Notes under the pieces: generated by a model
The model's input: only the letters and a program-made list of their open reading frames with translations
Told to the model about the DNA's origin: nothing
The model's database searches: none
Shown here: one piece after another, positions 34,958-39,247 of the stretch
Numbering within the stretch: position 1 is the stretch's first letter
Layout of the letters: every line of letters begins with the position of its first letter
Position numbers and translations under genes: made by a program
From: Octopus bimaculoides
Lineage: Eukaryota
NCBI RefSeq assembly: GCF_001194135.2
Contig: NC_068995.1
Coordinates: 11,497,885 to 11,537,131, forward strand
Reading direction: 5' to 3'
DNA: 39,247 nt

Positions 34958-34999
34958 GACCCATCAAACTCTGGTCTTCACGATGATTGGAAATTACAG
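34958..34999 (+). CDS. Candidate 42-bp micro-exon, phase 0-0
   Basis: TTTAATCTGCCAG|GACCCA...TTACAG|GTATGA; frame DPSNSGLHDDWKLQ. Confidence 0.2.
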
Positions 35000-37321
35000 G
35001 TATGAGAAAATGGTGAAGGGAATTAGTTTGGGATATAACCAAACCTATATTATAGGATCCGATGTAAAGGAACTTATCATTAAAGATAAGTGTTTGAAGA
35101 ATTTCTTTTTTTGCATACATTTATGGTGCAACAGCCGTAAGTGCTTATCGCGACTTTATACTGGAAGGATTGATGAATCAAAAATAGATTAACTTCTATC
35201 AGAAAAGTAGGGGGTTTAGACTATAAAGTTCGATTCTGTATGGTCGATTTTCGGTCAATCTCCTACAGTTACGAGTGAAGTTCACCAAAAGGGTCCGCTG
35301 AACAAAGCCGGAGTCCAAGATGTATAAAAGACCGTTTTTCTTTCACAGTAATTAACATGCACAGAATGCACGCGTGTTAGTCTGTGTATACATGTGTATA
35401 TAACTCTATGTGAGTGTGTGTCTGTGTGTATATATGTATATATATATATATATATATNNNNNNNNNNNNNNNNNNNNNNNNNNNNNNNNNNNNNNNNNNN
35501 NNNNNNNNNNNNNNNNNNNNNNNNNNNNNNNNNNNNNNNNNNNNNNNNNNNNNNNNNNNNNNNNNNNNNNNNNNNNNNNNNNNNNNNNNNNNNNNNNNNN
35601 NNNNNNNNNNNNNNNNNNNNNNNNNNNNNNNNNNNNNNNNNNNNNNNNNNNNNNNNNNNNNNNNNNNNNNNNNNNNNNNNNNNNNNNNNNNNNNNNNNNN
35701 NNNNNNNNNNNNNNNNNNNCATGTGGAATGTTGGCGGGTTTTTTTCTTCCGACTTCCGTTTCTTTTGGACTTTCCTCTGTCTCCTGTTTCTGAAGAAAAA
35801 CTTTGCTCGAAACGTAAAACAGCCTTTCTTCCCTTTCCTGAGCATCTTATTAATACTTTGTATGTACCACGTCCTCGCATTGTTGTTTTTTCTTATATAT
35901 ATATATGTGTGTATGCATGTATGTATGAATAAGAAAAAGAGACGACAGGAAAATCGATGGTTATGTTTTGAACAGCTGTTTCTGTTGTAAGATGCTGTTC
36001 ATTCATAGTTGAATGCCTGAGTAACGTCCTACAGCTTCATCGAAGTCTCGAATATGAAGTGAAATACATTGGGCAAGAAAAGAAAGAAACGTTACTGTGT
36101 CATCTCTTTTTCTTATTACCATTCTATACTCGTCGAACAGTTTGCTCTTATAGATAGGTATATTTAGTTCTACACTAAGCTATTAGTTTTGCAATATCTA
36201 AGTGAAATATACACGTAAGTAAGAATCTCTCAAGTGAGCTGAAGAGCAGAAGGTCTTTTGAGAAGAAACCCCATGAAGCAAGTGTTTCAACCCTTAAGTT
36301 CTTACTCGCATCTAGGTCATGGCCACTGTGTGCCTTTCAGCTGAAATTTTCTTGCCAGTTGGATATAGAAAACTTGTGAATTCAAACCGCAGGGAGATTT
36401 GATCCGGATGCAATTTCTTTTCGTTTTGAGTGTGTATGTGTGTGTATAAGCTAAACGTTGTGCTTAGTCTGTGATAGAGAACGAATGAAAATGTTTATCC
36501 GGTTTCATTGGAATTTTCGGGAAGTAGTATAAAGGATACAAAAATATTGTGTCAGGTATGAGGCACCATAAAGAGGATTGTAGTGTGATGATGAAACACA
36601 CCAACAAGAGATTAAAAGCAAAAAATAACAGGAAATTATGTCAATTACACAATCATGTGCGGTTATAAACACAATAAAACTTAATTGACAATTAAGAGCA
36701 GTGTGATCAAAAACAGCAGCTCATCTTTTGCTAGCGTTGCACGAGGAACAATATACTTAATGAAAGATAAACAGTTTTTGGCAAGGGAAATAACGTGGAG
36801 AAAATATGTTACTAAAACAATTTCCTTTTTTACTAGAGTCATTTACTAAGAAGGGGTAAGCAATTAATTAACATAATTGTTTTTCAAAAAAACAGAGTAT
36901 GTATTTGTATGCTTTCGAAAGAGGAGCAGGAAAGAGTCTTGTTCAATGTGGGCAGTAAGAGTGTTCCTTTGGTCGGAGCGGGACATATGCAAGTACAAGA
37001 TTATTTCTATCTTTAGGTCCTAGTGCGTGGTGAAGATTCATGTAGGATTGCTACATCACAATCCTTCCTACATTTTCCCTACATGATTAAAAAAAAAAAT
37101 AAATACGTGATCAATGATAAAGCAATTCTCAGTGATCATCGTCTTCTCTACATTTTTTGCAGCACGGTACGTCATGATGGGAATACAGAGGTGATTCAAC
37201 ATGTCCTAATGGACATCCAGATTTTAATGACTTTCAAAACCAGAAACATAACTATGATTTGAATTCTAACATAGCAGCGGAGTGATACTTAACCAGACTA
37301 GTAGAGTAGAATAAAAGACTC

Positions 37322-37552
37322 ATGTTATATATATTCATAAGACTTGATGTTTTTGTTATGTATTTGTCTGAATATTTTTTTAATCATACCTAATGCACTT
37401 ACTATGAGAGGAATTGTCTCTGTTTTTAGATTCCACATTCGAGTTACCTCTATTTCCAGGTTTTTGTATTTTGAAAGTTTCTCCATTTCTTTTAGAGAAA
37501 CGTTGTCATCTGCTGGTATTATATACATCAATTAGAAAGCATTTTTTCTTCA
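37322..37552 (-). mobile_element. Fragment of an RLE-encoding non-LTR retrotransposon (R4/Dong/NeSL-like), endonuclease region
   Basis: Minus strand reads EEKKCFLIDV / (frameshift) IPADDNVSLKEMEKLSKYKNLEIEVTRMWNLKTETIPLIVSALGMIKK, the ID(V)xxP...KxxKYxxL...W...PIxxGxLG pattern of restriction-like endonuclease LINEs. Confidence 0.85.
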
Positions 37553-37553
37553 T

Positions 37554-37690
37554 TCTTCTTCTTCTTCTTCTTCTTCTTCTTCTTCTTCTTCTTCTTCTTC
37601 TTCTTCTTCTTCTTCTTCTTCTTCTTCTCCTTCTTCTCCTTCTCCTTCTTCTTCTTCTTCTTCTTCTTCTTCTTCTTCTTCTTCTTCTTC

Positions 37691-37727
<37 letters not shown>

Positions 37728-37770
37728 GATTGTTGTTATCCTCCTCGTCCTCCTCCTCCTCCACCTCCTC

Positions 37771-37808
<38 letters not shown>

Positions 37809-37858
37809 AATCATCATCTTCATCAGCATCATCATCATCATCATCATCGTCGTCTTCA
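37554..37858. repeat. Compound trinucleotide array (CTT)n-(ATT)n-(CCT)n-(CAT)n
   Basis: Read directly; source of the poly-L/poly-R/poly-K spurious ORFs. Confidence 0.97.
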
Positions 37859-37864
37859 TCATTT

Positions 37865-38050
37865 AAGCCGGTGAACGGGCTGAAGCATTAGCGCGTCAGA
37901 GAAAACGCTTTAATGGCCGTTCCTTTGGATTTTACGTTCTGAGTTCACATCTGAAATGGACTTTGTCTTTCGACGCATCAGGTTACAATGTGTAAGCACT
38001 CGTTGAACACAAAATTCAATGTAGTCGATTTACTCGCTCTCACGTCAAAA
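37865..38050 (+). mobile_element. Degenerate SINE
   Basis: GGTGAACGGGCTGAAGCATTAGCGCGTCAG...TTACGTTCTGAGTTCACATC...CTTTGTCTTTC. Confidence 0.5.
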
Positions 38051-38085
38051 TAGCCTATCTTCTCTCAAACCAAGAAAGAAGCACC

Positions 38086-38140
<55 letters not shown>

Positions 38141-39211
38141 TTATTGCTCGTTAAATCGAGTCGTTTCGCTTGGTGCCCGAATTTTATTTTACTTGGTATC
38201 TTGTTTATGTCCATGTTTAATATTCACTGTATGCAAATGGCTCCTTTGAACAATTGTTGCATCATAATAAATAAACAGATAAATAAGCAAACAAACAAAT
38301 AAATAAATAATTAGAAATGGGTTATTTAGGAATATTGATTACCAAGCTACAATTAATTTTCAAAAAGATGATTAATTAGTACAGAAACAATCGCTTAAGT
38401 TGTTTTATCTGAGTAAATGCCTGGCTACATTTAATGTGTACGTGTTTATATATATGGGCGTATGTATGTTCATATATTTACATACATTTATATATGGATA
38501 TATATTATATAGCTATGCGTGTATATATGTGTATATATACACACATATTGTTGTACATACACGATTGCGTGTATATANNNNNNNNNNNNNNNNNNNNNNN
38601 ATATATATATATATATATATATACGATTGTTTTTTGTGTGTATATGTATAGCTTTCATTGACAATTAAATTCGATCTATAATGAATCGTTAATTAACTGA
38701 ATAATCGAATAATCAAATACGTTAATCGATATTATACGCACCAAACACACATTTATGACTTAGCTAAGTAAATACGCGAGCGTATTATAATTGTTAAAAT
38801 ACAACACAAAAATCAAAACAAGAACAAAACAAAAAACTAAAAAAAAATAACAAAAAATATCGATTGAAGGGCCAAGATTAAACAGTAATAGTTTTAGATT
38901 TCGTAGAAACAAACACTCTTATTCCGATGTCTTTGAGTTAGATATTTAATCAGGGTTAAATATGCCAGTCAGGGTCGAATTACACACGGCTAGTACAATA
39001 TACAACAGCTATAAACTTAAACTGTACCAGGATATATATATATAGCGCATGTCTTGCTTTTGTATAATGGTTCCCTGACGATGAATTTATGTGCATATTC
39101 CAGCACCTCTCACCTCCTTGGAGAGGAGTGCACATAATTTTTGAAACATATGTAGGAATTTGAGGAACTTATTGATTATACGTGTTTTACTCCATTTATA
39201 ATTATTCTATG

Positions 39212-39246
<35 letters not shown>

Positions 39247-39247
39247 A

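Noticed and set aside
37414-37866. Poly-Leu/Arg/Lys/Met ORFs
   Set aside because: Compound trinucleotide array with no complex coding sequence.

Overview
AT-rich eukaryotic non-coding DNA, very dense in microsatellites, with eight N-gaps (about 2.7 kb in total) that nearly all abut simple repeats. The repeat families and (AT)n/(GT)n/(CT)n density look like an octopod cephalopod genome (inferred from recognition of the repeats, not from a search). No complete protein-coding gene can be identified, and nearly every ORF in the supplied track is a microsatellite or N artefact. Well-supported content is mobile DNA: about 20 tRNA-derived SINE copies of at least four families (two young copies with visible target-site duplications), a 556-bp palindromic mariner derivative with 226-bp arms, an internally deleted Tc1/mariner (maT/DD37D-like) transposase relic, an RLE-domain fragment of an R4/Dong/NeSL-type LINE, and a 136-bp hairpin within a TA tract. 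Several short frame-open segments with good splice sites suggest the window may be intronic to a large gene (best candidates on the minus strand at 13177-13224, 7593-7699, 5309-5488), but I cannot name the product. I found no CRISPR array, rRNA or true tRNA gene, and no convincing novel multi-gene system.
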